DNA from: Nanobdellati archaeon | GTDB taxonomy: Archaea > B1Sed10-29 > JAGVWA01 | Assembly (NCBI GenBank): GCA_018304505.1 | Contig: JAGVWA010000005.1 | Coordinates: 1 to 63,527 of the forward strand | DNA length: 63,527 nt | Direction: 5' to 3' | Part shown: piece after piece, positions 1 to 8,756 of the stretch | Layout of the letters: each line of letters starts with the position of its first letter | Position numbering within the stretch: position 1 is the stretch's first letter | Made by a program: the position numbers and the translations under genes | Notes under the pieces: generated by a model | What the model was told of the DNA's origin: nothing | Databases searched by the model: none | The model's input: the letters and a program-made list of their open reading frames with translations, nothing else

Positions 1-50
1 CTACACGAATTCAATTATGGAGTGCAGACTGGGTTGCTCTCATCATGATT

Positions 51-299
51 TTAATGGTCTAGAGCCCCAATTGCGGAATCGTTTCTAAAAAGCGTTACTG
101 GATTCCATACAGATGACCAGCCTTCACCATTCCTGGTTTTTCTATCCCACTCATCTCCGCGAAGCCGGTACTCTCTACCCCCCCTCAATAAGTGTATGTG
201 GCCGTCTTCACCTGTAAAAACAGGTGGATTGCGACGTGTACTTCCGTTTCGTTCAATGCTATCTCTGCTCACTAATGTTGATTCTGCTGCTTCCCACAT
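51..299 (-). CDS. Small orphan protein, Met-Trp-start family (MW-1)
   Basis: 82-aa ORF MWEAAES...; GGTGA SD and TTTTTATA box upstream; no recognisable domain. Confidence 0.65.
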   Translation of the reverse strand: MWEAAESTLVSRDSIERNGSTRRNPPVFTGEDGHIHLLRGGREYRLRGDEWDRKTRNGEGWSSVWNPVTLFRNDSAIGALDH

Positions 300-351
300 A
301 AAAACTCACCAATAAATTTCTGTCAAAAGAAGTATAAAAACTTTACGTGGC

Positions 352-447
352 TTACACGGGCTCATGATGAACGTGGCCGATGCTCAATTCCTTTAATTGG
401 TCCGCGTGTACTTCGCTAGGCGCGTCAAGCATCGTGTCTTGCGCATT
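352..447 (-). other. aspS: Out-of-frame C-terminal tail of AspRS (NAQDTMLDAPSEVHADQLKELSI...)
   Basis: Alternative frame from 447 to stop at 352 reads like the bacterial AspRS C-terminus (xxAPSEVxxxQLKELxI). Confidence 0.8.
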
Positions 448-1675
448 CCTCGCGCGCCATCAACGCCACAAGCCTGTCTAGTCCGAAGGCGATGCCGCCA
501 TGCGGCGGAGCCCCGTGCTTAAGCGCACTGAGCAGGAAACCGAACTTCTCTTCAGCCTCTTTTTTAGACAAACCCAGGGTTTCCAACACCGACAACTGCA
601 ACTCTGGATCGTGAATCCTGATAGATCCTCCGCCGACCTCCCAGCCATTCAAAACCAAGTCGTAGGCCTTGGATCCCACCAGCTTTGGATTCTTGAAATC
701 AGTAGACGTGGGCATCGTAAACGGATGATGTGCTGCTTTCCACTTCTTGTCTTCATCTGAAAATTCGAACATCGGAAAGTCAGTTACCCAAAGGAACTTG
801 AATTCCTCTGGAGACTTTCTCAGGTCCGGCTTGTCAGTCTTGTATTTTTCGAAAGCTTCCCGATATGTCATCTTCTCAAATGGGATTTTCACATCAACGC
901 CGAGGCACTCCTTGAATAAGTGCTTCATTAGCCGCTCGTTCAATTCAATCAGGTCTTGTTGTTCCACAAAGCTCATTTCAAGATCAATTTGCGTGAATTC
1001 AGGCTGCCTGTCAGACCTTAAGTCCTCATCCCTGAAGCAGCGCACGATTTGGAAGTACTTGTCGTATCCTGAGATCATGAGCAGCTGCTTGAACAACTGC
1101 GGAGATTGGGGTAAAGCGTAGAACTTTTTCTTGTTCACGCGGCTCGGCACAAGGTAATCCCTGGCGCCTTCTGGCGTGGACTTGGCAAGAAAAGGCGTTT
1201 CGATTTCCAGGAAGCCTTCCTTGTCAAGGAAATCACGAGCTGCTTTTGTGACTTTGTGGCGCAGCTTTAGGTTGTTCTGCATCCTGGGTCGACGTAGGTC
1301 GATGTAGCGGTACTTCATCCTGTTTTCTTCTGTCGACTCAATTTTCTCATCCAATGAAATCGGCAGCTCTGAGGCCTTGTTTAACAATTCGATTTTCTCT
1401 GCCGAGACTTCGATGTCGCCCGTGTCAAGCTTGGGGTTGCCTTTGGGTTTCACCTTTACCACACCCGGGACTTTGATAACCGACTCCTTAGTTAGGTCTC
1501 TGACGCTATCTAGCAAATTCTGGGGAACGAAAACCTGCGTAGTGCCGTACCTGTCCCTGAGGTCGATGAAGGCCATCTTTGACTGAATTCTGATTGAGTC
1601 GAGCCATCCGCACAAGATGACATGTTCACCTTGGTTCTCCTTCCTGAGCTCGTTGCAAGTATGAGTGCGCATCAT
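425..1675 (-). CDS. aspS: Aspartyl-tRNA synthetase, bacterial type, no GAD insertion; frameshifted near C-terminus
   Basis: MRTHTCNEL start, OB-fold, motif 1 EIETPFL-STPEGARDYLVPSR, motif 2 FRDEDLRSDRQPEFTQIDLE, motif 3 PPHGGIAFGLDRL. Confidence 0.93.
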   Translation of the reverse strand: MMRTHTCNELRKENQGEHVILCGWLDSIRIQSKMAFIDLRDRYGTTQVFVPQNLLDSVRDLTKESVIKVPGVVKVKPKGNPKLDTGDIEVSAEKIELLNKASELPISLDEKIESTEENRMKYRYIDLRRPRMQNNLKLRHKVTKAARDFLDKEGFLEIETPFLAKSTPEGARDYLVPSRVNKKKFYALPQSPQLFKQLLMISGYDKYFQIVRCFRDEDLRSDRQPEFTQIDLEMSFVEQQDLIELNERLMKHLFKECLGVDVKIPFEKMTYREAFEKYKTDKPDLRKSPEEFKFLWVTDFPMFEFSDEDKKWKAAHHPFTMPTSTDFKNPKLVGSKAYDLVLNGWEVGGGSIRIHDPELQLSVLETLGLSKKEAEEKFGFLLSALKHGAPPHGGIAFGLDRLVALMAREECARHDA

Positions 1676-1732
1676 AATACTCGCTATGCTTATGCCATTT
1701 TGGTGTTTTAAAGCCTATCTATGATTCCCGCG

Positions 1733-1755
1733 GATTGCAAAATCTATAAATACTA
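1733..1755 (+). promoter_or_regulatory. BRE/TATA promoter upstream of MW-2
   Basis: GATTGCAAAATCTATAAATACT. Confidence 0.6.
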
Positions 1756-1785
1756 CAGTTGCGCAATTATATTGGGGTGATTTGG

Positions 1786-2127
1786 GTGTGGGATAAGGTT
1801 CCACAAACTATCGAGCAAGTCAACGAAAATAAAACACGCACAGTGGAAACGCTTTTTGCTAACACATACCTGCTTGACGACGGCACCGTGCTGCAGGAAC
1901 ACTTCGATGACATGCATGACGGCAATGGCTTCATGAGCGGACCATACCGGCTTACTGGAGGCACGCTAAACACAAATGAGGATGCCCAACGGCTCATAAG
2001 CCGAGCCATAACTTTGAAGGCAGAAGAACTCCAGCGGCTCGAGTCCAAAATCGACTCGCTGCAGAATGAAAGTTCCGGCATTCAAGACACCTTAACAAGG
2101 TTAGGGGACTTCGGAGAAACGCAATAA
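1786..2127 (+). CDS. Small orphan protein, Met-Trp-start family (MW-2, MWDK subfamily)
   Basis: GTG-TGG start at 1786 after GGGGTGA SD; 113 aa; paralogous to 2839..3189; C-terminal coiled coil. Confidence 0.75.
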   Translation: MWDKVPQTIEQVNENKTRTVETLFANTYLLDDGTVLQEHFDDMHDGNGFMSGPYRLTGGTLNTNEDAQRLISRAITLKAEELQRLESKIDSLQNESSGIQDTLTRLGDFGETQ

Positions 2128-2174
2128 ACCAGCGTTGGTTTAAACCCACGGGTGTTGCAAAATCGATAAATACT
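2126..2174 (+). promoter_or_regulatory. Extended promoter element AAACC-N5-TGGTTTAAAC-N8-GTTGCAAAATCGATA plus TATA
   Basis: Same motif and spacing recur at 34248..34294. Confidence 0.6.
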
Positions 2175-2197
2175 AAGTCGGACATAAATGAAAGCAC

Positions 2198-2770
2198 ATG
2201 GCGAAATGTCAATTCTTCATCAAGAATGGCGTACAGGACGTGGGCTACAGGCTATTTATAATGCAAAAGATCCTGAACTCAACCCTAACAGGCGGAACAG
2301 CAATCAATACGCCTGATGGCCGGGTAAAAGTTCTGCTAGAAGGCGAACGCGAGGAGATAGAACAGCTGATCAAAGAATTAGAACAAGAGCACCCAGAATT
2401 AGCCAAAAATCCAACACGGACTTCAGCGGAATACAATCCCCTCCTACACGTGCCGGACATCATGCGCTCATCGCAAGCACTTCAACTTGGTCAGTTCCAA
2501 AAGAGCGTAGAATACCTTGCCAAGTCAACCCAGTCAACAAACCAAAAACTAGACCACCTCACAGAAACAACAAACCAAAAACTAGACCACCTCACAAAAA
2601 CAACAGAAACAACAAACCAAAAACTAGACCACCTCACAAAAACAACAGAAACAACAAACCAAAAACTAGACCAGCTACCAAAGGAGATCGCCAAGGAACT
2701 CTCTGGAAAATTCGACGCCTTGCCCCTAGCCATTGCAAAGGCCATCAAGGAAGAAAACGCGTTGGTTTAG
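2198..2770 (+). CDS. Acylphosphatase-like domain fused to a repetitive coiled coil
   Basis: GVQDVGYR and NxxDGRV acylphosphatase motifs; C-terminal TTNQKLDHLT repeats. Confidence 0.8.
   Translation: MAKCQFFIKNGVQDVGYRLFIMQKILNSTLTGGTAINTPDGRVKVLLEGEREEIEQLIKELEQEHPELAKNPTRTSAEYNPLLHVPDIMRSSQALQLGQFQKSVEYLAKSTQSTNQKLDHLTETTNQKLDHLTKTTETTNQKLDHLTKTTETTNQKLDQLPKEIAKELSGKFDALPLAIAKAIKEENALV
2535..2674 (+). repeat. In-frame tandem repeat (33, 42 and 42 bp units plus a partial unit)
   Basis: CAACAAACCAAAAACTAGACCA starts at 2535, 2568, 2610, 2652. Confidence 0.95.
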
Positions 2771-2838
2771 ACACGGCAATTGTCGCGAAAATCATTATAA
2801 GCAACAACTACACAACAATGTGCAGGGGGTGAAAACTT

Positions 2839-3189
2839 ATGTGGGATAAAATACCACTAACAGCCAACAGGGCTGTTGAAATGCAGCAAACATCACAAGG
2901 CAGGCTACCCGGCGATGGGTTCAGATACCTTATGCCAGACGGAAGTGTGCTAGAGCAACACGTCGAGGACGCGTCATTGACAAGCTGGGACGAACGGCTC
3001 TTTGTAGCCTCAGGAACATTACACACCGACGAGGGTGCAGCGGCAATAAAAGGAAGAGCGCTACAAGCAGCCAAAGAAGTGCTTGCAATAGAAGAATCAA
3101 CCCTAGCGAATGAACGCGCCGCGATATCAAGCACCGAGGCAAGGATTTCAGAAACGCGTGACATGCTAGCGAAACTAAGCGATCTGTAG
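2839..3189 (+). CDS. Small orphan protein, Met-Trp-start family (MW-3, MWDK subfamily)
   Basis: 116 aa; GGGGGTGA SD; shares MWDKxP, YLxxDGxVL and GTLxTxE with MW-2. Confidence 0.78.
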   Translation: MWDKIPLTANRAVEMQQTSQGRLPGDGFRYLMPDGSVLEQHVEDASLTSWDERLFVASGTLHTDEGAAAIKGRALQAAKEVLAIEESTLANERAAISSTEARISETRDMLAKLSDL

Positions 3190-3257
3190 GACAGCTAACT
3201 CCTTGGCAGGAGAATCGCCCGCAAAGCTTAAATATGAATTAAGTATGTAAAGTATGT

Positions 3258-3545
3258 ATGAAGTATGCATCGGGTGTTGTAATGGCTGGCACAGCGGTAA
3301 TCGGGGAACGGGGACAAGTGACGATCCCCAAAAACATTAGAGACCACCTTGGCCTAAAACCACATGACCCCCTCACTATAGAAATGGAAAATGACAAGGT
3401 AGTTATTGAAAAACCCATAAGCAAAAAAGAAACTGAACGGCTAATCAAGGAATACTACTCGGAGCACTACGATTTTGAAAAGAAAGTGGCCAAGGAATGG
3501 GCCCACGTAAGTAAAGAAGCAGATGCGATGCTCGATGAATATTAA
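3258..3545 (+). CDS. mazE: AbrB/MazE/SpoVT-family antitoxin
   Basis: IGERGQVTIPKNIRDHLGL swapped-hairpin motif; overlaps downstream toxin. Confidence 0.85.
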   Translation: MKYASGVVMAGTAVIGERGQVTIPKNIRDHLGLKPHDPLTIEMENDKVVIEKPISKKETERLIKEYYSEHYDFEKKVAKEWAHVSKEADAMLDEY

Positions 3546-3882
3546 AAGGGGTGACATTTATCTAGCTAGCCTAGAACCGGTTCTTGGTTCAGAACAAGGA
3601 AAAACAAGGCCATGCCTCATAGTACAAAACGATGTGTCAAACAAATACAGCCCCACCACCATAATTGCTCCATTGACCTCTTCTCTGCCTCGCAAGGAGT
3701 ACCCCACATTGGCTATTGTCACCCATGAAGAATCGGGCTTAGAAAAAACAAGCGCTGTACTATGCTCTCAGATCAGAACAATTTCCATGGAAGATCGGAT
3801 AATAAAAAAACTGGGCGCCCTAAAACCAGGAGCGATGAGACGGGTTGATGAAGCACTTCGAATCAGCCTGCAATTAAACTGA
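3535..3882 (+). CDS. mazF: MazF/PemK-family endoribonuclease toxin
   Basis: KRGDIYLASLEPVLGSEQGKTRPCLIVQND, SQIRTIS. Confidence 0.93.
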   Translation: MNIKRGDIYLASLEPVLGSEQGKTRPCLIVQNDVSNKYSPTTIIAPLTSSLPRKEYPTLAIVTHEESGLEKTSAVLCSQIRTISMEDRIIKKLGALKPGAMRRVDEALRISLQLN

Positions 3883-3926
3883 TTTTTCAAGAAACCTTAT
3901 ATATCCAGACGGTTTTAGTGAAAAAC

Positions 3927-4337
3927 ATGGCAGCAAAGAAAGCGCCAAAGGCGCGATTTGACACAATGAAGGTAGGCCACTACTCATTCGTGGCAGGCAT
4001 CGCCATTGCCGTGACTGCCGGAATCATCAACCAATTCCTGGGCGCAGGCCAAGTAAGCCTTGTGACACTTGCGCTGGTTTTGCTCGGGGTCATTGTCGGC
4101 TTCCTGAACATACAGACAAAAGAACGCGAACCATTTTTGATCGCGGCCATTGCGCTAGGCACTGGCAGCATCGCGACATACGCCCTTGATCCATTGAACC
4201 TGATCAGCATTGGCATCGGCAGCATCGGAATCGGCGCGCTGTTCATAGGCATGGTGGGCAACATCAGCATTTTCGTTGCCCCGGCAGCAATAATAGTGGC
4301 GATAAAAACCATTTGGGACTTGGGCAGCACGCGCTGA
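3927..4337 (+). CDS. Hypothetical membrane protein (about 4 TM)
   Basis: Hydrophobic segments, upstream TATA box, T-rich stretch after stop. Confidence 0.75.
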   Translation: MAAKKAPKARFDTMKVGHYSFVAGIAIAVTAGIINQFLGAGQVSLVTLALVLLGVIVGFLNIQTKEREPFLIAAIALGTGSIATYALDPLNLISIGIGSIGIGALFIGMVGNISIFVAPAAIIVAIKTIWDLGSTR

Positions 4338-4378
4338 ATCAATTCCCTGCTATCTTTTTTCAACAAATCCTAAACAGT

Positions 4379-4627
4379 CTAAACAGCGTCATCGCTCTCT
4401 GCTACCTGTGATGCGCGACTGGCCTCAAGGTCATGCAGCCTGCCAAGGTCATCAAGATCGCGCCCAGTAACCTGCACAACGTGATTGTCAGTGACCTGGA
4501 AAGCACAGTCGCCGTCTTTGCTAATGACATACTCAATACCGCCAATTGTGCGGGTCTGGCCCTCCGCAAGCTGCTTCCTGAACACGCGTTCTGCTTCAGT
4601 TCTTTCAAATGTATGCACGGCCCACAT
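4379..4627 (-). CDS. Small orphan protein, Met-Trp-start family (MW-4)
   Basis: 82 aa MWAVHTF...; strong GGAGGTGA SD. Confidence 0.72.
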   Translation of the reverse strand: MWAVHTFERTEAERVFRKQLAEGQTRTIGGIEYVISKDGDCAFQVTDNHVVQVTGRDLDDLGRLHDLEASRASQVAESDDAV

Positions 4628-4658
4628 TCACCACTCACCTCCAATTTCTGCAGATGCA

Positions 4659-4904
4659 TCACTCAACCCACATGGTGTCAAGATTATGGCCATTGATCCT
4701 CTCAAGGTTGTCCCACAATCCATTGAGCCCCCTGATTTGCCTGCGGGCCATGTCCTGTTCCGCGTCAGAACCACCTGCAGCGTCTTTCCTGAGTACTTCC
4801 AAGGTCCTGTTGAACTCCGCACGGGCACCCGGAACATTCCGACCACGATGCAAGTGCCTGATTTTCTCAAGCGACGAAGTCCACGCTTCTGATTGCATCC
4901 ACAT
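4659..4904 (-). CDS. Small orphan protein, Met-Trp-start family (MW-5)
   Basis: 81 aa from internal ATG-TGG (MWMQSEA...), ends in MWVE; co-oriented with MW-4 and MW-6. Confidence 0.62.
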   Translation of the reverse strand: MWMQSEAWTSSLEKIRHLHRGRNVPGARAEFNRTLEVLRKDAAGGSDAEQDMARRQIRGLNGLWDNLERINGHNLDTMWVE

Positions 4905-5015
4905 GCCCAAAATTCTGGCGGGCATTCAATAAATAACTATGCCCGGCAATCCGCGACAACGCACTGTGCGCCCCAACTGCGGCTGTGTAATCGGTATTCA
5001 GAACACTGATAAAAT

Positions 5016-5291
5016 TTACTTATCCCCGTTGAGGATATCAAGCACCTCGACCTTCAAGCGCTCGCCCTCGTCAAATGTCTGCGAGTAATCCATGATGTAC
5101 TGTGCATCATCTAAGACGAGCCTCAGCAAGCCGCGCCTGTCGCTTTCAAACGTTGCACACTGCGACATTTCAAGCCCAATTCTGGCGCTCAGTAATGAAT
5201 CTTTCAAAAAACCGTCATTGCCGGCCCTAAGCCATGCTGTCACCTTCTCGGCGTCATCCAATGCCTTAAACGCGCCATCATAGCTCCACAT
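5016..5291 (-). CDS. Small orphan protein, Met-Trp-start family (MW-6)
   Basis: 91 aa from ATG-TGG (MWSYDGA...); GAGGT SD, CTTTATAT box upstream. Confidence 0.68.
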   Translation of the reverse strand: MWSYDGAFKALDDAEKVTAWLRAGNDGFLKDSLLSARIGLEMSQCATFESDRRGLLRLVLDDAQYIMDYSQTFDEGERLKVEVLDILNGDK

Positions 5292-5566
5292 GCAGACCTC
5301 AAGAATTGCAGCGTTTGCAAATATAAAGCTAAGCCCCGCATCGGGGGGCACAGCAAGCCTTTATATTAAAGTTGCGACCACAAGCAATACGAAAAGTGGT
5401 ACAGGGGCTAATAAGCACGGGGAGCACAAACCTTTAAATACCCCAAAAACGCGAAATTTAGTGCTCAAGACGAGCATTCTCAAAAAACAATTTCAGGCGA
5501 GCCCTCAAGGGTGATGACCTCCAGAAAACCAATCCAAATTTTTCACGAAAAAAAGTGAAGCAAAAC

Positions 5567-6106
5567 ATGGCAGAACAGGCACAAACAGAATTCAGAGGCG
5601 TTGTTAGGCTAGCAACGAAAACAGTCAACGGCAGCCTCAGCTTGCCAATGGCGCTGCAACAAATCAAAGGCGTTGGAAACCCACTAGCAAACGCGTTATC
5701 AAAACACGCCGCGGTCACGTTCAAGATTTCCCCGAAGGAAAAAGTCGGCAACCTCTCAGACGCACAACTCGAACAGCTGGAAGGCCTTGTCAACGACCCA
5801 AGAAAAGCCGATCTCCCAATCTGGTTCCTGAACAGACAAAGGGCATACGACACAGGCAAGGACGAGCATAAGGTTATGGCCGAACTCGATTTCCAAAAGC
5901 AACTCGACATACAGTTTCACAAGACCATCAGGACATACCGCGGAGTCAGACACATGTTCGGCCTTACATCCAGAGGACAACGAACCAGAACCAGCGGCAG
6001 GAAGGGCACAACTGTCGGGGTGCAGAGAAAGAAGGAACAGCCCGCAAAGAAAAAAGCAGGACCTGCAAGCAGCGGCCCGGCAAAGGGTGGCGGAAAGAAA
6101 AAATAG
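5567..6106 (+). CDS. rps13: 30S ribosomal protein uS13
   Basis: ALQQIKGVG, YRGVRHMFGLTSRGQRTRT; first gene of the alpha operon. Confidence 0.95.
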   Translation: MAEQAQTEFRGVVRLATKTVNGSLSLPMALQQIKGVGNPLANALSKHAAVTFKISPKEKVGNLSDAQLEQLEGLVNDPRKADLPIWFLNRQRAYDTGKDEHKVMAELDFQKQLDIQFHKTIRTYRGVRHMFGLTSRGQRTRTSGRKGTTVGVQRKKEQPAKKKAGPASSGPAKGGGKKK

Positions 6107-6115
6107 AGTGATTGA

Positions 6116-6739
6116 ATGGGCGACCCAAGACGACTGAGGAAAAAGTACACCACCCCGGGACATCCCTGGGAGAAGCAGAGAATAGAAACTGAAAACAAAC
6201 TTAAACAAGATTATGGACTAAAGAACAAAAAGGAGATCTGGAAAGCCGAAACCGCAGTACGGAAGTACAGGCACCTTGCGCGAGGACTTGTCGGTATCAC
6301 GAGCGGAGATAGACAAGCAAAAGAAACAGTCCTAATAAATAAACTGAAAAAGACCGGCCTACTACCCCAAGACGGAAGCATCGATGACGTCCTGTCACTG
6401 AAATCAGAGGACCTGCTCGAACGCCGACTTCAGACGCTGGTGCTGAAGCAGGGCCTCGCGACAACAACCGACCAATCACGCCAGTTTATAACGCACGGCC
6501 ACATCGCACTAGACGGCAGGAAAGTAACCTCGCCAAGCATGATAATCAAGGTTGAGGAAACTGGAAAACTCGGGTGGTACGGCAAACCAATAGAATTCCA
6601 TAGAAAGGAAACCACCGTGCCGACAGAGGGCTCAAAAACAATCAGGCGAATCGACAAAGAAACCCAAAAGGCGGGAATCGAACTAGAAAAAACGGCAGCA
6701 GAAGAAATTCTTGCCGAAGCCAATGAAACAGCAGAGTGA
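6116..6739 (+). CDS. rps4: 30S ribosomal protein uS4
   Basis: [34 protein letters not shown]. Confidence 0.97.
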   Translation: MGDPRRLRKKYTTPGHPWEKQRIETENKLKQDYGLKNKKEIWKAETAVRKYRHLARGLVGITSGDRQAKETVLINKLKKTGLLPQDGSIDDVLSLKSEDLLERRLQTLVLKQGLATTTDQSRQFITHGHIALDGRKVTSPSMIIKVEETGKLGWYGKPIEFHRKETTVPTEGSKTIRRIDKETQKAGIELEKTAAEEILAEANETAE

Positions 6740-6744
6740 TAATA

Positions 6745-7134
6745 ATGGCAGACGGACAATGGGGCATAGCACACATATATTCAACAAAGAACAACACCAT
6801 CATCACACTTACAGACCTGACAGGCTCTGAAACAATAGCCAAGAGTTCAGGGGGCATGGTCGAAGACTCACAAAGAAAAGAAGGATCGCCAACCGCCGCC
6901 CTAAAAGCAGCACAAAGAGTTGCCACGACCGCATTGACGAAGGGCATCACAGGGGTACACATCCTCGTAAGGGCCCGCGGTGCACAGTACTCAAAAATCC
7001 CCGGCTCCGGGGCACAGGCAGCCATAAGGGCACTGTCAAGAACCCCACTACGGATCGGACGAATAGAAGACGCCACGCCAATACCGCACGGAATGATGCG
7101 AAAGAAAGGCGGAAAACGAGGCAGGAGAGTCTAA
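6745..7134 (+). CDS. rps11: 30S ribosomal protein uS11
   Basis: [41 protein letters not shown]. Confidence 0.97.
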   Translation: MADGQWGIAHIYSTKNNTIITLTDLTGSETIAKSSGGMVEDSQRKEGSPTAALKAAQRVATTALTKGITGVHILVRARGAQYSKIPGSGAQAAIRALSRTPLRIGRIEDATPIPHGMMRKKGGKRGRRV

Positions 7135-7160
7135 GGTCTAAGCATTTTACCGAGGTAATC

Positions 7161-7772
7161 ATGATGAAAATAAAATATTCAAAAAAAGGCGATGACAAAA
7201 TCGAGTTCACGCTCGAAGACACCAGTGTCGCGTACGCAAACGCGCTGCGAAGGACGCTGATGAACGACGTGCCTGTAATGGCCGCCAAAGATGTGGACAT
7301 TTACGAAAACACGAGCAGCATGTTCGACGAATTCATCGCCCACCGCATAGGGTTAATACCATTAACAACAGACCTGAAAACATACAAGGCCCGCGAATCG
7401 CAGGCAGAGGCGCTTGACAGCAAGAACTCGGTGCTGCTGACGCTGGACGCAAAAGGGCCAAAAATGGTCTACTCCGGCGACATGAAAACAAAAGACAAAA
7501 ACGTCGACGTTGTAGAGAAAAAAATCCCAATAATCAAACTCGGCAAGGATCAAAAGCTAAGGCTCGAGGCGCACGCAGTCCTGGGCTTTGGAAGAGACCA
7601 CGCGAAGTGGCAGCCTTGCCTGGCAACGTACACAGAAACCGAGACAGGCAAAACCAAGAAATACAATTTCATGATAGAATCATTCGGAAACCTCACAACC
7701 AAAGACCTGATGAAACAAGCGAGAACAATAATAGAAGACAAGGCAACCGCCCTCGAACAACAGCTCAAGTAA
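7161..7772 (+). CDS. rpoD: RNA polymerase subunit D (Rpo3), without Fe-S insert
   Basis: YANALRRTLM, ENTSSMFDEFIAHRIGLIPL, GRDHAKWQP. Confidence 0.95.
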   Translation: MMKIKYSKKGDDKIEFTLEDTSVAYANALRRTLMNDVPVMAAKDVDIYENTSSMFDEFIAHRIGLIPLTTDLKTYKARESQAEALDSKNSVLLTLDAKGPKMVYSGDMKTKDKNVDVVEKKIPIIKLGKDQKLRLEAHAVLGFGRDHAKWQPCLATYTETETGKTKKYNFMIESFGNLTTKDLMKQARTIIEDKATALEQQLK

Positions 7773-7786
7773 ATATTAGTGCTAAC

Positions 7787-7871
7787 GCGGGGGTGCCTGA
7801 GTCAGGAAAAAGGGCACGGTTGAGGGCCGTGTGGCTAAGTGCCTACGAGGGTTCAAATCCCTTCCTCCGCA
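7787..7871 (+). tRNA. tRNA-Leu(GAG)
   Basis: GCGGGGG/CCTCCGC acceptor stem, CACGG-TTGAGGG-CCGTG anticodon arm, long variable arm, GGTTCAAATCC T arm; usual position after rpoD. Confidence 0.93.
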
Positions 7872-7976
7872 TCAGCCTTTTGCTGACGCAAAAGCTTGGG
7901 GAAAACGATGGGCCAGATCGCAAGCGATCGGGCTGCATTAAACCACACTTACTAAAAAAACATAAAACCAAAAAAG

Positions 7977-8327
7977 ATGAAACAAATGCGAGAAAAGACA
8001 AATCCACAACTGGAAAAAGCAATAACTGAGCTAGAAAAAACAAAAAAGCCGATCTGGAGAGCCGTGGCTAAGAAACTCAAAAGCCCCACAAGAAACCGGG
8101 CAGCAGTCAACCTCTCAAAAATCGACAGGCACACCAAGGAAAACGACGTTGTCATAATCCCAGGCAAGCTCCTCAGCGACGGCGATTTAAAACATAAGGT
8201 AGCCATCGGCGCATTCAACGCGTCAAAAAAAGCCATTGAAAAAGTGATGCAACAAGGCAGCACGTACATGCCGCTCCTTGACATGGTGGAAAAAACGCCA
8301 AAAGGCAGAATCATGATAATGCAGTAA
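7977..8327 (+). CDS. rpl18e: 50S ribosomal protein eL18
   Basis: TNPQL, RNRAAVNLSKIDR, VIIPGKLL. Confidence 0.95.
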   Translation: MKQMREKTNPQLEKAITELEKTKKPIWRAVAKKLKSPTRNRAAVNLSKIDRHTKENDVVIIPGKLLSDGDLKHKVAIGAFNASKKAIEKVMQQGSTYMPLLDMVEKTPKGRIMIMQ

Positions 8328-8339
8328 ACAATTTAGTGA

Positions 8340-8756
8340 GTGAAGCACATGATATACGACGGAGAAAACGCAATACTAGGCAGGCTCGCGACCAGGGTCG
8401 CAAAACAAGCCCTCAACGGCGAGTTCGTAGAAATAATTAACGCTGAAAAAATCGTCATCACAGGAAGCACAAAAACCACAATAGCAGAATACAAGGAACG
8501 CAGGGGCCGCAGGGACATCGCAAAACCCGTAAAGAGCCCAAAGACCCCGAGAAGGCCGGACATTATGGTACGAAGGGCCATCAGGGGCATGCTCCCATGG
8601 CAATCGCAAAGGGGAAAGGACGCGTACAAGCGCATAAAAGTATACATGGGGAATTTCGATAGCAAGGAAGGCGAGAAGATCGCACAGGCAAGGCAAGGCC
8701 AAAAAACAACCCAAGTACTCGAGGTATGCAAATCACTAGGATGGAGCGGACTATAA
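8340..8756 (+). CDS. rpl13: 50S ribosomal protein uL13
   Basis: ILGRLATRVAK, INAEKIVITG, RRAIRGMLP. Confidence 0.96.
   Translation: MKHMIYDGENAILGRLATRVAKQALNGEFVEIINAEKIVITGSTKTTIAEYKERRGRRDIAKPVKSPKTPRRPDIMVRRAIRGMLPWQSQRGKDAYKRIKVYMGNFDSKEGEKIAQARQGQKTTQVLEVCKSLGWSGL

Noticed and set aside
1-48. Possible 3' end of a + strand gene (LHEFNYGVQTGLLSS*)
   Set aside because: Too short to support a call within this window.
425-427. Selenocysteine or stop readthrough at the aspS TGA
   Set aside because: The conserved tail is in a different frame and a motif is missing, so readthrough would not restore it.
2535-2674. Short direct repeats resembling a CRISPR array
   Set aside because: Units are in-frame multiples of 3 inside a CDS with no unique spacers, and there are no cas genes in the window.
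1786-5291. Integron or prophage explanation for the MW clusters
   Set aside because: No integrase, attC-like palindromes, terminal repeats or virion genes are visible, and the genes carry their own promoters. It cannot be excluded outside the window.
7843-8043. 66-aa minus-strand ORF and similar short antisense ORFs across the ribosomal operons
   Set aside because: They overlap tRNA-Leu or well-supported + strand genes and have no motifs; shadow ORFs of the A-rich strand.
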